Positions 47,054-56,239 of a stretch of DNA of 64,000 nucleotides are shown piece by piece. Position 1 is the stretch's first letter. Each line of letters begins with the position of its first letter. Where the stretch lies: the IMG/VR virus record IMGVR_UViG_2882234885_000004. One strand, 5' to 3'. Made by a program: the position numbers and the translations under genes. Origin of the DNA: an uncultured virus (IMG/VR IMGVR_UViG_2882234885_000004) (Duplodnaviria; Heunggongvirae; Uroviricota; Caudoviricetes). Below the pieces are notes generated by a model, which saw nothing but the letters and a program-made list of their open reading frames with translations, searched no databases and was not told where the DNA came from.

Positions 47054-47644
47054 TTGAGCACAAAAAGAGCAACTGACCTGGCAGAAAAGCTCCGATATAA
47101 GGAGAACGAGCGTCTGCTGGAGAAACTGCCCATCTGGATTACAGAGTCCGAACCCTGGGCAAGAAAGATGATAGACCAGTATGGCCCGAATGGCGCGCAG
47201 AAGGATGTGGATGGATACAGGCTTCTGTATGTCCTGAATCACCTTTGCCCGTCACTCTACCACTTCCACCGACAGCCGGACCCGAAGCGCTTCATGGGCG
47301 ATATGGACGGTTACAATGCCGCCGCGCAGAAGCATTTTCTGGAGAACACCCAGGCCGGACTGCTGGATAGTGATGGAACACTCATCCAGGAGGGCGTTTG
47401 CTACGACGCTGAGAGTTTCAATGCCTTTCTCGCAGTAGCAAGGTCCTACTGCGACAAGTATTTGGAGCAGCTTTGGCATGAGTTAGCAGATGTCCCGTTT
47501 GATGACCACCCGGAGAGCGATATGACCTTGGCGGAGCCTTGGCATGGGTTCCCGGCCGGAACAGAGAGAGGGGATATCTGGCACTGGTTCGATGACAGAT
47601 ATAGCGGGGGAGTGGTATCGCTCCTCTACGGAAGGAGTAACTGA
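47054..47644 (+). CDS. hypothetical protein
   Basis: TTG after AAGGAGG; FPAGT.R.DIWHWFD motif. Confidence 0.7.
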   Translation: MSTKRATDLAEKLRYKENERLLEKLPIWITESEPWARKMIDQYGPNGAQKDVDGYRLLYVLNHLCPSLYHFHRQPDPKRFMGDMDGYNAAAQKHFLENTQAGLLDSDGTLIQEGVCYDAESFNAFLAVARSYCDKYLEQLWHELADVPFDDHPESDMTLAEPWHGFPAGTERGDIWHWFDDRYSGGVVSLLYGRSN

Positions 47645-47645
47645 A

Positions 47646-48560
47646 ATGACGCTGAATGAAGTAATTAAGAGAATCAACGCGGCGATTCTGGACGTCCCGC
47701 AGGAGGAAAGAATTCGAAAGTTGGCCGGGAAAAACTCGTTCCTGCAGGGGTTGCTCCGACAGGAGATGGTCGAGTCGGATGAAGCGAAGGCGGCACTTGC
47801 GGAGTACCACATGCGTGCTGAGATAACCTGGGACTTTGGAGTGCCGGTCCCGACACTGGATGTCTACGTCCAGTTGACGGAGGACAGCCCCTATGCCATT
47901 ATCGGGCACCGTTACAGCCATGGTTCGTGGAAGTTTCTTTCGTTCAAGCGGAAGAAATGCACAATCAATGGCCGGGCAACCATGTCGGCTGACCTCGCTG
48001 TACTGAGCGAGTTTGGCCCAAAGGGCGACATCACGGTCGCTGAGTACTACGCTGAGCGGTTTCGCAACATTCAAAAAGCCTGCGAGGGGACTATCCAGAT
48101 GGTGAAGGGCATCGACCTTCTCATTTCCACGTTCGGCCACGAAAAGGCTGCGGAGCTGGTCCAGAGCATCAAAGATTTGGATTCCAATACAGGGCTGAAT
48201 TTCTTCAACAGCCAGTATAAAGGTTTCTGGAACCGTTCCATTTTCAATGATGGGGTTCGAGACAAAATCCTGGCTTTGGATACATTCGACAAGGATAACC
48301 TCAGCGACTTGAGTAACCTCGCGGTGGACATCCTTCTGGACGCCACTGACTACATCGGCAACCAGCCAGAGCAGTTTTCTGCCAGAAGAGGTGATATTTC
48401 CACTATGCGGACCAATGCCAGTTTTCACGCCAAACTCCAGGCGGCGGTCGATGAGTGGGCGACAGACCGCGCCAATGATGGTGCTGACCTGCAGATGTCT
48501 CACGCGCAGGCGGCTAAGTTCGTTTGGGACCTCTACATGCTGTATATCGTTGAAGGTTGA
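47646..48560 (+). CDS. hypothetical protein
   Basis: AAGGAG RBS. Confidence 0.75.
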   Translation: MTLNEVIKRINAAILDVPQEERIRKLAGKNSFLQGLLRQEMVESDEAKAALAEYHMRAEITWDFGVPVPTLDVYVQLTEDSPYAIIGHRYSHGSWKFLSFKRKKCTINGRATMSADLAVLSEFGPKGDITVAEYYAERFRNIQKACEGTIQMVKGIDLLISTFGHEKAAELVQSIKDLDSNTGLNFFNSQYKGFWNRSIFNDGVRDKILALDTFDKDNLSDLSNLAVDILLDATDYIGNQPEQFSARRGDISTMRTNASFHAKLQAAVDEWATDRANDGADLQMSHAQAAKFVWDLYMLYIVEG

Positions 48561-48669
48561 GAAAGGGTGCGGAACGGCGCTTGATTATGAAAGTGAAGCT
48601 GATTGGTCTGTATTTTGCAGGCGAAAGCTAAACCGAGCAGCTTTCTGATTAAATAAGGAGGAAAAAGGG

Positions 48670-48891
48670 ATGAAGACGATTTGTTCACTTAGATTCAAGG
48701 AGGCCATTGCAGCCATTCAGGGAACCAAGACCGTAATGTATAAGCACGGAGTCTGGAATGAATACAGTCTGTGCAAGACCGAAGATGCCATTAAGGAAAT
48801 CCAGAGGAGCGGGTATGGAGCCGATGTCAAATACAACGAGGACAAGAAAATGTTCTACGTCAGTGTGCCAGCCGCATGTGATATGTGGTGA
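48670..48891 (+). CDS. hypothetical protein
   Basis: AAGGAGG RBS. Confidence 0.65.
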   Translation: MKTICSLRFKEAIAAIQGTKTVMYKHGVWNEYSLCKTEDAIKEIQRSGYGADVKYNEDKKMFYVSVPAACDMW

Positions 48892-48958
48892 CTTTTGAAA
48901 TGAAAATCGGCTGCAGTCGACGGACTGCCCAACCTAACAGCATTTCTGGAGGAAATAC

Positions 48959-49032
48959 GTCAGTCACCCCATGAATAAAATCGGGGGCTTGAAAGAACCC
49001 TGACTGACTACCCTAAGTGCTCAGGGCACTAC
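48959..49032 (+). mobile_element. 74-bp remnant of IscB-element left end / omegaRNA 5' portion
   Basis: Near-identical to 24835-24907; followed directly by ATGA. Confidence 0.85.
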
Positions 49033-49188
49033 ATGACCCATGACCCGACGACCTTCAGTCAGTGGCACTGCTGGCATCACGGGAACCACTCCTGGATTGA
49101 TGCGGCAGACGGCCTCCTGTATGAGTCGGAGCTTGACCTCTCGGATTTGCTCATTGATATGGGCGAGCACCCGGAAAACTATGAGTAA
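49033..49188 (+). CDS. small hypothetical protein (51 aa) whose RBS is displaced by the remnant
   Basis: MTHDPTTFSQWHCWHHGNHSW...GEHPENYE*; GGAGG lies 6 nt before the remnant; not in track. Confidence 0.5.
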   Translation: MTHDPTTFSQWHCWHHGNHSWIDAADGLLYESELDLSDLLIDMGEHPENYE

Positions 49189-49251
49189 AACGGCAGTCCC
49201 CGCACAAATACTTGTGCGGGGACTCATTAAAACTGAAAAGAGGTAGATAAC

Positions 49252-49899
49252 ATGCGCAATGGTCATTTGATTGCGATGGAGGGGCCTGTCACCAGGATTG
49301 TCCGGGAGCAGAGCTGCCTCCTGATGGATGCAGCGGCTAACAACCCTCAATGGAGACTTCCTAATGTCTTTGCCCTCTCCCTCCCGTGGGATGATGAAAG
49401 CGAGTCCCTTGTGGGTAAGCTGGAGGCCGGTGTATTTGGCTCTCCGCCGGATGTCTATGAGGCGACTATGGTCTACCTGATGGATATTTGGCACTCCTTC
49501 AGGGTCGATTGGGGCGAAGACTATAATTCCGGTGGCCTGGCCATCATCGAGAAGTATGTCCCCCACAACTTTCTCCAGCAGGGAGGACGGTTTCCCAAGG
49601 AATTGCGCCGGGACTATAACCGTTGGCTCATCGACACAGCCTACATAAAGCTCTCTCTGCCTGCGCCGGATACCGTACTGTATCTGGATGTGCCTGTCGA
49701 ACTTCGTGCGCAAGCCGGAGGCGCGTCCATATCGGATAATATGCTTCAGCAGGAAGAAACTGTCCGTGCAACAGAACTGGAGATTGCCTCCAGCCTTGGA
49801 TGGTTAGTGGTCGATTGTTCGAACAACGGACAGTTGCGGACAAAGGAGTCCATTCATGATGAGCTTTATGCCTATGCAAATCTGCTCTTCAAAACGTGA
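49252..49899 (+). CDS. thymidylate-kinase-like protein with degenerate P-loop
   Basis: GHLIAMEG start, LPAPDTVLYLDVP, W.VVDC...LRTKESIHDE; lacks GK[ST] and DRY. Confidence 0.7.
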   Translation: MRNGHLIAMEGPVTRIVREQSCLLMDAAANNPQWRLPNVFALSLPWDDESESLVGKLEAGVFGSPPDVYEATMVYLMDIWHSFRVDWGEDYNSGGLAIIEKYVPHNFLQQGGRFPKELRRDYNRWLIDTAYIKLSLPAPDTVLYLDVPVELRAQAGGASISDNMLQQEETVRATELEIASSLGWLVVDCSNNGQLRTKESIHDELYAYANLLFKT

Positions 49900-49916
49900 T
49901 AGAGGAGGAAATAACT

Positions 49917-50447
49917 ATGTTTGAGAAGAAAAATGTGGGTGGCGAGCACTTCAGCAGCACTGAGGGAGAAAAATTGCCACTCATTTACCAATCCATTAAC
50001 AGCACGGCCGTAACTTTAACAAAGAAACCCTCACGGGACGATTCCTTTGCTTCCGTGCAAATTTCTGTAAAGCAGGCTCTGCAGGCCCCCTGGACTCCTG
50101 CGGTGGTCGTCTTCATTACCATGCGTGGCGATGTTGTAGTCACCCAGTTTCCTGGAGTAGTTCTGGATGCCTCGGTTGCAGTCCACATTGAAAAAGCGAA
50201 AGGGGTTCTCCGTGAATTCTGGGCAGAAAACTCCCAAGGGAAGTACCTTGCACTTACGGATGAGGACGATGTACTGGACTCAATATGGTTCGTCCGCAAC
50301 TATAATTCGGAGTTTGAGGATGCCTATGCGGCAGCACGCTATGAATGGGACCATTCTGACGAGGAGTTCTTCCATTTCATGAAGGAGTCTCTTGCTTTGC
50401 ACGGATACATCGTAGAGAGCGTCCCTTTCGAAGAATATCTGTCCTGA
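49917..50447 (+). CDS. hypothetical protein
   Basis: GGAGG RBS. Confidence 0.7.
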   Translation: MFEKKNVGGEHFSSTEGEKLPLIYQSINSTAVTLTKKPSRDDSFASVQISVKQALQAPWTPAVVVFITMRGDVVVTQFPGVVLDASVAVHIEKAKGVLREFWAENSQGKYLALTDEDDVLDSIWFVRNYNSEFEDAYAAARYEWDHSDEEFFHFMKESLALHGYIVESVPFEEYLS

Positions 50448-50452
50448 GGTGA

Positions 50453-50902
50453 GTGATGGAACTCTTTGAATCTTTCCTGAATGCGATTGCCCCTTATGTC
50501 ATCGTGGTCGGCTCCTTCGGCCGTAACGAGGAAACCGAGGACAGCGATATCGACTGCTTCTTACGGAGTAAGCCGCCAAAGGAAATCGACCCCGAGACCG
50601 GGGATGATACCTATATGCCGGAAATCTTCGCTATCGTGGACAGCTTTGGCCTGGCCTGGTCCAGTGTCATCGTGGGCCACATTGCCGTGGAGCGGCAGCC
50701 GGGTATCCCGAGAATGGTCGAGATAAGCTATCATTATTGCATTCCCTACACAGAACCCGTGTTTAAGCGGGTAATTTACGGTGTACGGTTCCTGTGCGCC
50801 AAAGACGACAAGAACTGCTCTCTGGATGAGCGCAGCGATTTCCTGGATTGGGATGACACCGTTGGCGATAACGTGATTCGTCACCCGCTTCCACCATATT
50901 AA
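50453..50902 (+). CDS. minimal nucleotidyltransferase (Pol-beta superfamily)
   Basis: VGSFGRNEETEDSDIDC. Confidence 0.75.
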   Translation: MMELFESFLNAIAPYVIVVGSFGRNEETEDSDIDCFLRSKPPKEIDPETGDDTYMPEIFAIVDSFGLAWSSVIVGHIAVERQPGIPRMVEISYHYCIPYTEPVFKRVIYGVRFLCAKDDKNCSLDERSDFLDWDDTVGDNVIRHPLPPY

Positions 50903-50904
50903 CG

Positions 50905-50946
50905 AAAGGCCCCTACGTTCTCATGAACGTAGGGGCCTTTCTCTTT
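50905..50946 (+). terminator. intrinsic terminator
   Basis: Perfect 16-bp stem AAAGGCCCCTACGTTC/GAACGTAGGGGCCTTT. Confidence 0.8.
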
Positions 50947-50955
50947 GCTTCAAAA

Positions 50956-50984
50956 TTGACTAATATAATTTTAAATGGTAAAAT
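50956..50984 (+). promoter_or_regulatory. sigma-A-type promoter (no leader hairpin)
   Basis: TTGACT-17-TAAAAT with extended TG. Confidence 0.7.
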
Positions 50985-51015
50985 ATATACAACAAGATAT
51001 TGGGAGGTATATCTA

Positions 51016-53154
51016 ATGGATATCTTGCAGAAACTCAAGGCTAAGTCCCGAGCGGCAATCCAGAACCTTCGCCCGACGGATTATCAGGATGCGGCCATTA
51101 TCCAGCCTGAGACAAATGCTTTCGGCAACATCCTGGGGCAGATTGATAATAGTGGAAAGTACCCTATCGTGTTCCGTATGGACGGCCGGAACAGGCTTAA
51201 TCGAAGCATCTTGGCTACCGGGGGGCAAGACAAACTGGAGTCCTTTGCCAAGAACTTCATCTTTCAGTCCGTAAAGCGGCGCGAGTCCATCCTGATAAAT
51301 GACCCGGAGAGCAGGCTTTTCAATACGATGAGTTCGTATTTGAGTTCGAAAGGTTATACTGTGCGGTATCTGGACCTGGACCGCTCGGAACTGAGCGATA
51401 GCTGGGAACCTTTCCAGCCGTTTTTCTATGCGGAGAATTGTCCTGGGGCAGGGGACCCCGGCTATGCCGCCTTCCTTGCACATGCAATCGTGGACCCGGC
51501 CTGGGGGGATAGTTCCGAATCTTCCTCCGCCGCACAGGACCTCCTGATGGCACTTATCCTGCGTGTCGTCTATGGTATCGAATACGATGAGAAGACTCTG
51601 ACTGCGGTGTTCCAGCTCCTGAAAACACCGTATGGCCTGCAGTATCTGGACACACTCTTCACCGAGGAGTTCCAGGGAAGCGCAACTCGCATGGCCATTG
51701 AGTCCTATCAGAAATTCAAAAAGCACCCGGAGCCGCTGCAGCAGGATGTTTTCAAAAAACTGCCGTCCCTGGTCGAGCCGCTTCTGAAAATCTACCCGGC
51801 GGCCTCGGAATTTCCCATGCATACGGTTTCTATGGATATGCACCTGCCTGGTAATGCCCCTTGTGCGTATTTTATTAAATACAGCAGGGATAGCCAGAAC
51901 GCCAGGGAGGCCGCATTCTTCTTTAGCGCATTTTACAGGTCCCTGTTCAATGACTCGGACGCGCTTGCAAAACGTGGTGCTGTATCAATCCCCACGCCGG
52001 TAAATTTCCTTCTGCACGAAATGTCCTCTATCGGCCAAATCTTTAAATTGGATTTTGCCTTGGCCACGTCACGGAAGCGGAATGTAAATTTCTGTATGAC
52101 GGCCAACAGTATTCAAGACCTCTCACAAACATATGAGAATTGGCTTACGATTTCCGCAAATTGCTCTACTCATCTTGCCTTTAGCCCGTACAATGCGACG
52201 GACATCGACATGATTCAGAAATGGGTCGGTCCAGGGGAAGTTGTTTTTGACCGCAAAAGCCTCCAGGATGATACTGTGGTTATCCTACTCCATTTCCATG
52301 AGCCTATTTTCGCCAAGGAATATCCTTACACTCTGCACTCCGAAGCGTCCGACCCCATCATCCGTTCTGATGCTCCGGCAGATATTATCGGCTTATTGAG
52401 CCACAACGGTCTAAAGGAATATCGGGAGGGCCGCGATGCGGTTTCCAAAGACTATATGCGGATTTTCCCCAAGGCAAATGAGGTGAACCGCAACTGGTTT
52501 GGGGAGTGCGAGCCAATTCCGGTTCCAGACTCTGTACTGAACCGGGTAAATGAGCCTGACAATTCGTCCCCCAGCAAAAAACTGGTCAAAATCAGCGACT
52601 ATGGCGCGACCAATCTGGAGGCGGTCTCAACCCTGGAGAATATTTCGCAGAGCGCATTGGTGGATAGGCTTCTGACCTCGCCCTGTATGTTTGTCAAAGC
52701 CCAGTTCCTTGGCCGCGATGCAAATACGGTAGAGCCGATTGCCAATATCGTGGAGTATTACCAGGCGCAGTCCAGCCGGTCGATGTCGTTGGAGAAAAGC
52801 CGCGAGTTGCTGTACCTGATAGAAGATGTTGCGAAAGCAATCCTGGTGAACAGCGAGAAACTGAAACGGCAGAACAAGTACCTCTACTCCAACATGGTGG
52901 ATGTGCTCAAAATGCCGGAGTTCACGGAAATCTGTCAGGACATGGAGGCCCACCGCTTCTGCACAACTGCCCAATTCCAGCAGTTGATAGAGACTATGCT
53001 GGAGAATATCAGCGACCGCCAGGTGTATGCCAGTCCCTTCCTGTTCCGCAATCTGGTCGTTATCCTCCGGGACTTCAGTCAGTGGTTCGGCGGCCAGACC
53101 TCGCTGGACTGGTATACGAAGGCGAAACCCGTCATTGAATTCTTGCTCGCGTGA
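51016..53154 (+). CDS. degenerate VirD4/TraG-like coupling protein with C-terminal extension
   Basis: NRSILATGG, SILINDPES, GYTVRYLDL...SDSWEPF, PVNFLLHEMSSIGQI, LATSRKRNV....NSIQDL...Y; Walker motifs altered. Confidence 0.7.
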   Translation: MDILQKLKAKSRAAIQNLRPTDYQDAAIIQPETNAFGNILGQIDNSGKYPIVFRMDGRNRLNRSILATGGQDKLESFAKNFIFQSVKRRESILINDPESRLFNTMSSYLSSKGYTVRYLDLDRSELSDSWEPFQPFFYAENCPGAGDPGYAAFLAHAIVDPAWGDSSESSSAAQDLLMALILRVVYGIEYDEKTLTAVFQLLKTPYGLQYLDTLFTEEFQGSATRMAIESYQKFKKHPEPLQQDVFKKLPSLVEPLLKIYPAASEFPMHTVSMDMHLPGNAPCAYFIKYSRDSQNAREAAFFFSAFYRSLFNDSDALAKRGAVSIPTPVNFLLHEMSSIGQIFKLDFALATSRKRNVNFCMTANSIQDLSQTYENWLTISANCSTHLAFSPYNATDIDMIQKWVGPGEVVFDRKSLQDDTVVILLHFHEPIFAKEYPYTLHSEASDPIIRSDAPADIIGLLSHNGLKEYREGRDAVSKDYMRIFPKANEVNRNWFGECEPIPVPDSVLNRVNEPDNSSPSKKLVKISDYGATNLEAVSTLENISQSALVDRLLTSPCMFVKAQFLGRDANTVEPIANIVEYYQAQSSRSMSLEKSRELLYLIEDVAKAILVNSEKLKRQNKYLYSNMVDVLKMPEFTEICQDMEAHRFCTTAQFQQLIETMLENISDRQVYASPFLFRNLVVILRDFSQWFGGQTSLDWYTKAKPVIEFLLA

Positions 53155-53167
53155 GGAGGTAAATTTT

Positions 53168-54004
53168 ATGGAGCTTGAAGGAAAAACTGTGCTTATAACG
53201 TCTGAAATGGCGGAAGAATTTTTGAAGCACAATACCAGGAATCGGAACATCCGGCTGCCGTATGTAGAAGAACTTGCCACCTACATGCGGCAAGGAAAGT
53301 GGGACGTCACCCACCAGGGTATCGGCTTCTATGAAGATGGGACCCTTTTCGATGGGCAGCACCGCCTGCACGCCATCATCAAGGCTGGTGTCCCTGTAAA
53401 AATGATGGTCACTTATGGAATCCCCCTCGCTGCAACTCATGCGGACACGGGGCTGAAGCGCTCGGAGGCAGACCTGGTAAAGCTGATGGGTAACAGCGAG
53501 TTTCAGTGGGTCGGGGCCCGCGAAATTGCCATTACAAACATCCTAAAGGTACAATTTCCCCGTCTTGGCCTTGTGACCTTGGAGGATAAAGCCGCATTCA
53601 TGCAGTTTTACAAAAATGCGTATTGCTTTGCCAAACAAGCCTACCACCCGAACGGGTCTGGGCTGCGGAGTGCAGCTATCTATGCGGCCTTTGTTTGTGC
53701 CTACATCGAAACGGGGGCAAAAGAGAAACTCTCCGCCGCAGGGACACTCCTTGCATCAGGGTTGATTGATAGTACCACCTCAGATGCCTGCTCAAACAAC
53801 ATGCTCCTCCTTCGCAACTATGTCATGCGGGCTGAGTACCGGAAACTGGGGAAGACTGATGGTAGCGGGCAAAATAAAGTTATCCTTTTTGCTTCCGCAA
53901 AAGCACTAGACTCCTACATAAAAGGGAAGCCCATGCGGCGCATCACGATTCCAAATGCGTTTCCGTTCCATATCTACAACCAGTACGGCATGATTTGCAG
54001 TTGA
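53168..54004 (+). CDS. ParB/Srx-like (DGQHR) domain protein
   Basis: IT.EMAEEFL..N.RNR, GKW......IGF..DG.L.DGQHRLHAI. Confidence 0.75.
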   Translation: MELEGKTVLITSEMAEEFLKHNTRNRNIRLPYVEELATYMRQGKWDVTHQGIGFYEDGTLFDGQHRLHAIIKAGVPVKMMVTYGIPLAATHADTGLKRSEADLVKLMGNSEFQWVGAREIAITNILKVQFPRLGLVTLEDKAAFMQFYKNAYCFAKQAYHPNGSGLRSAAIYAAFVCAYIETGAKEKLSAAGTLLASGLIDSTTSDACSNNMLLLRNYVMRAEYRKLGKTDGSGQNKVILFASAKALDSYIKGKPMRRITIPNAFPFHIYNQYGMICS

Positions 54005-54678
54005 ACACTGATATGCTGAAACTGATTGCAATGCTGACGATGCTGGTAGACCATATCGGATTGCTGTTCTTCCCGGAAATTATGGCCTTCCGCATCGTCG
54101 GCCGGATAGCAATGCCGCTGTTTGCCTACGGCATCGCACAGGGATATTGGTACACGAGGCAGCACGGGACAACAGCCCGATATTTGTGCAGAGTTTCTGC
54201 ACTTTTCCTCGTTTCCCAAATTCCATACAACTTAGTCCAATATCAGGCCGGAGTGGCGCTGAACTTCAATATCTGCATATCCTGGGTCCTGGGGATTGTT
54301 GCACTGGTCATCCTGGACAGCCAGTGGCATTATCTTCTAAAAACGCTTCTGCTAACGGCCATTGCCGTAGCTATCACGGGCACATGGCTGGATTATTCCT
54401 TTTTGGCTGTCTCAATGGTGATAGCCTTTTCATTGAGGTTCCGGGTCCAGAAGGGGACACCCATAGCTCTTTGCGCTGCTGGTGCCCTGGTGATTATGTT
54501 CTCAGTACTGTACAGCAATTACATTGAGCTGTATGCTTTGACGACATTACCAATTCTACTCTGGGTTGAAAAGGAGACAGAACAGCGAGGTAAGACGCTT
54601 AAAATCCCAAAGTGGGTTGGCTATGCGTTCTATCCAGTCCATTTATCACTGCTTGCGGCAATTAAATTCATTGTGTAA
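53995..54678 (+). CDS. traX: TraX-family membrane acyltransferase
   Basis: LKLIAMLTMLVDHIG, GRIAMPLFAY, SQIPY, YAFYPVHL. Confidence 0.88.
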   Translation: MQLNTDMLKLIAMLTMLVDHIGLLFFPEIMAFRIVGRIAMPLFAYGIAQGYWYTRQHGTTARYLCRVSALFLVSQIPYNLVQYQAGVALNFNICISWVLGIVALVILDSQWHYLLKTLLLTAIAVAITGTWLDYSFLAVSMVIAFSLRFRVQKGTPIALCAAGALVIMFSVLYSNYIELYALTTLPILLWVEKETEQRGKTLKIPKWVGYAFYPVHLSLLAAIKFIV

Positions 54679-54693
54679 CAGGAGGTCAGCATC

Positions 54694-55062
54694 ATGAATT
54701 TCCCTATTGTTTTCCGATTCACCGACGCAAAAACACAGGACTTACTCCTTGCGGTTTCCAAAAAGCTAGGGAAATCCCCTATAGAAGCTATACAGGCCAC
54801 CATTTGTGATGAGCGGACTGTCGAGGCGATTTCTGAGGGCTGGGGTATTATTGCACTATCTCTTTGGGGACATGGTGAAAACAAATTCGATGATGATGAT
54901 TTTGCAAAGTTGGACGAACCCGAATTGGAAGTGCCTCTGAGCGAAGACCAGGTTGCGAACCTTATCGCCTACGCTGACAGTGACGAGTCGGTGAAGTCTA
55001 TTGAAGACTTGGTAGGAGTGTTCTTGATTTTTGAGGCAGATGCTCTGGGTTTCCACGTATAA
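54694..55062 (+). CDS. hypothetical protein, possible ribbon-helix-helix
   Basis: IVFRF strand-helix-LGKS-helix pattern. Confidence 0.6.
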   Translation: MNFPIVFRFTDAKTQDLLLAVSKKLGKSPIEAIQATICDERTVEAISEGWGIIALSLWGHGENKFDDDDFAKLDEPELEVPLSEDQVANLIAYADSDESVKSIEDLVGVFLIFEADALGFHV

Positions 55063-55099
55063 GGCACTAAAGCGCCAAGATGCTTAGGCTCTTAGACAC
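55060..55099. repeat. degenerate phased 8-bp repeat array
   Basis: TAAGGCAC TAAAGCGC CAAGATGC TTAGGCTC TTAGACAC. Confidence 0.45.
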
Positions 55100-55137
55100 T
55101 CAATAATTCTTGCTGTGCCCGTTCCTTCTCTCGAAAA

Positions 55138-55292
55138 TTGACCAATAAATTTTCACGTGGTATAATAAGAACCAAACCAAGGAAGTATCTGAAAAATTCT
55201 ATCATTATGATTCAAGCAGTCATTCTTCGCAATTCATGCGGGAGTGGCTGCTTTTTATATATACACAAACATTTTTAAAAGGAGCGATAACT
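55138..55292 (+). promoter_or_regulatory. conserved operon leader L11
   Basis: TTGACC 55138, TGgTATAAT ending 55166, AAGGAAGTATC 55179, hairpin 55214-55253 plus T-run, ATATACACAAAC, AAGGAG. Confidence 0.9.
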
Positions 55293-55559
55293 ATGATAAG
55301 AGAAATCAACGATGTTTACGACCTGCGTGCCGCCTACTATGAGAAGCATCCGAACGGCCATTTCTTCGACGGAGACACACTCAAGTTTTTCGGGGAACGA
55401 TTCTCCGAGATGCGCCTGCTTAAGGGAACGGTTCAAGTCACCGACTCCTTAGGGAAGGAACATACCTGCTATGTTGTCAGTTCGCTGCAGCGCATCCCAA
55501 TGGTAGGGCGGAAGCGTGTCTACCACCATTTCGATGTAGAGACATTGGAGGATATCTGA
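55293..55559 (+). CDS. hypothetical protein
   Basis: First gene after L11; HFFD.DTLKFFG motif. Confidence 0.7.
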   Translation: MIREINDVYDLRAAYYEKHPNGHFFDGDTLKFFGERFSEMRLLKGTVQVTDSLGKEHTCYVVSSLQRIPMVGRKRVYHHFDVETLEDI

Positions 55560-56236
55560 TGGAAATGCAAAAAAACTTGGAGCGTATCATCGCTGAGACT
55601 TCTGCTGTGGCCATTCCAGTCACAGCACAGCCGGGGGAGAAAGAAGACTGGATTCGTTACAGCGACTCCAATGAAGGTGAGCCGGGCTATTACCGAGATT
55701 ATCTGGACCCCAAGACCGGGGCAATCCTGTATAGTTTCGGAGAGACCTGCTGTGTACACCCATGGCTTTGCGACCCTGCTGGTGTCCTTCCGTCTGAGTG
55801 CCATGGTCTGGTTCTATTGAGCAGTGAGAACTGTGACGAAAACTGCTTCACAGTGCCTCTTGCGCAGTTCGAAGCAGATTTTGGCTCGATTGCAGATGCA
55901 GTCATGCAGATGCTGGCCCAAAAACCCGAGAACTGTACGTTGCGGTTGTTTCTTAAGACGGATGACCCGGAAGATTCCTATTTAGACGCCTTGGATGTAA
56001 AGATGGACACCGAAACTGGCACTGTCAGCCTAGACAACGCTTTTATCCACGACTATCTGGATAGTTCGCCTGCATGGCGACTCTGCGAGTCAGCCGGTAT
56101 GGAAATCGAGGTGCAGGACTGCTATATGACTGGGTATTCCAGTTTTATTGCCAGCACGACAGCGGATAACCTGAAGAAATTTCTTTTGGAGCACAAGGTT
56201 ATTCCTGTGTTCATCAAAAAAGCAAAGGAGAAATGA
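55559..56236 (+). CDS. hypothetical protein
   Basis: GGAGG RBS, TGATG overlap. Confidence 0.7.
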   Translation: MEMQKNLERIIAETSAVAIPVTAQPGEKEDWIRYSDSNEGEPGYYRDYLDPKTGAILYSFGETCCVHPWLCDPAGVLPSECHGLVLLSSENCDENCFTVPLAQFEADFGSIADAVMQMLAQKPENCTLRLFLKTDDPEDSYLDALDVKMDTETGTVSLDNAFIHDYLDSSPAWRLCESAGMEIEVQDCYMTGYSSFIASTTADNLKKFLLEHKVIPVFIKKAKEK

Positions 56237-56239
56237 ACC

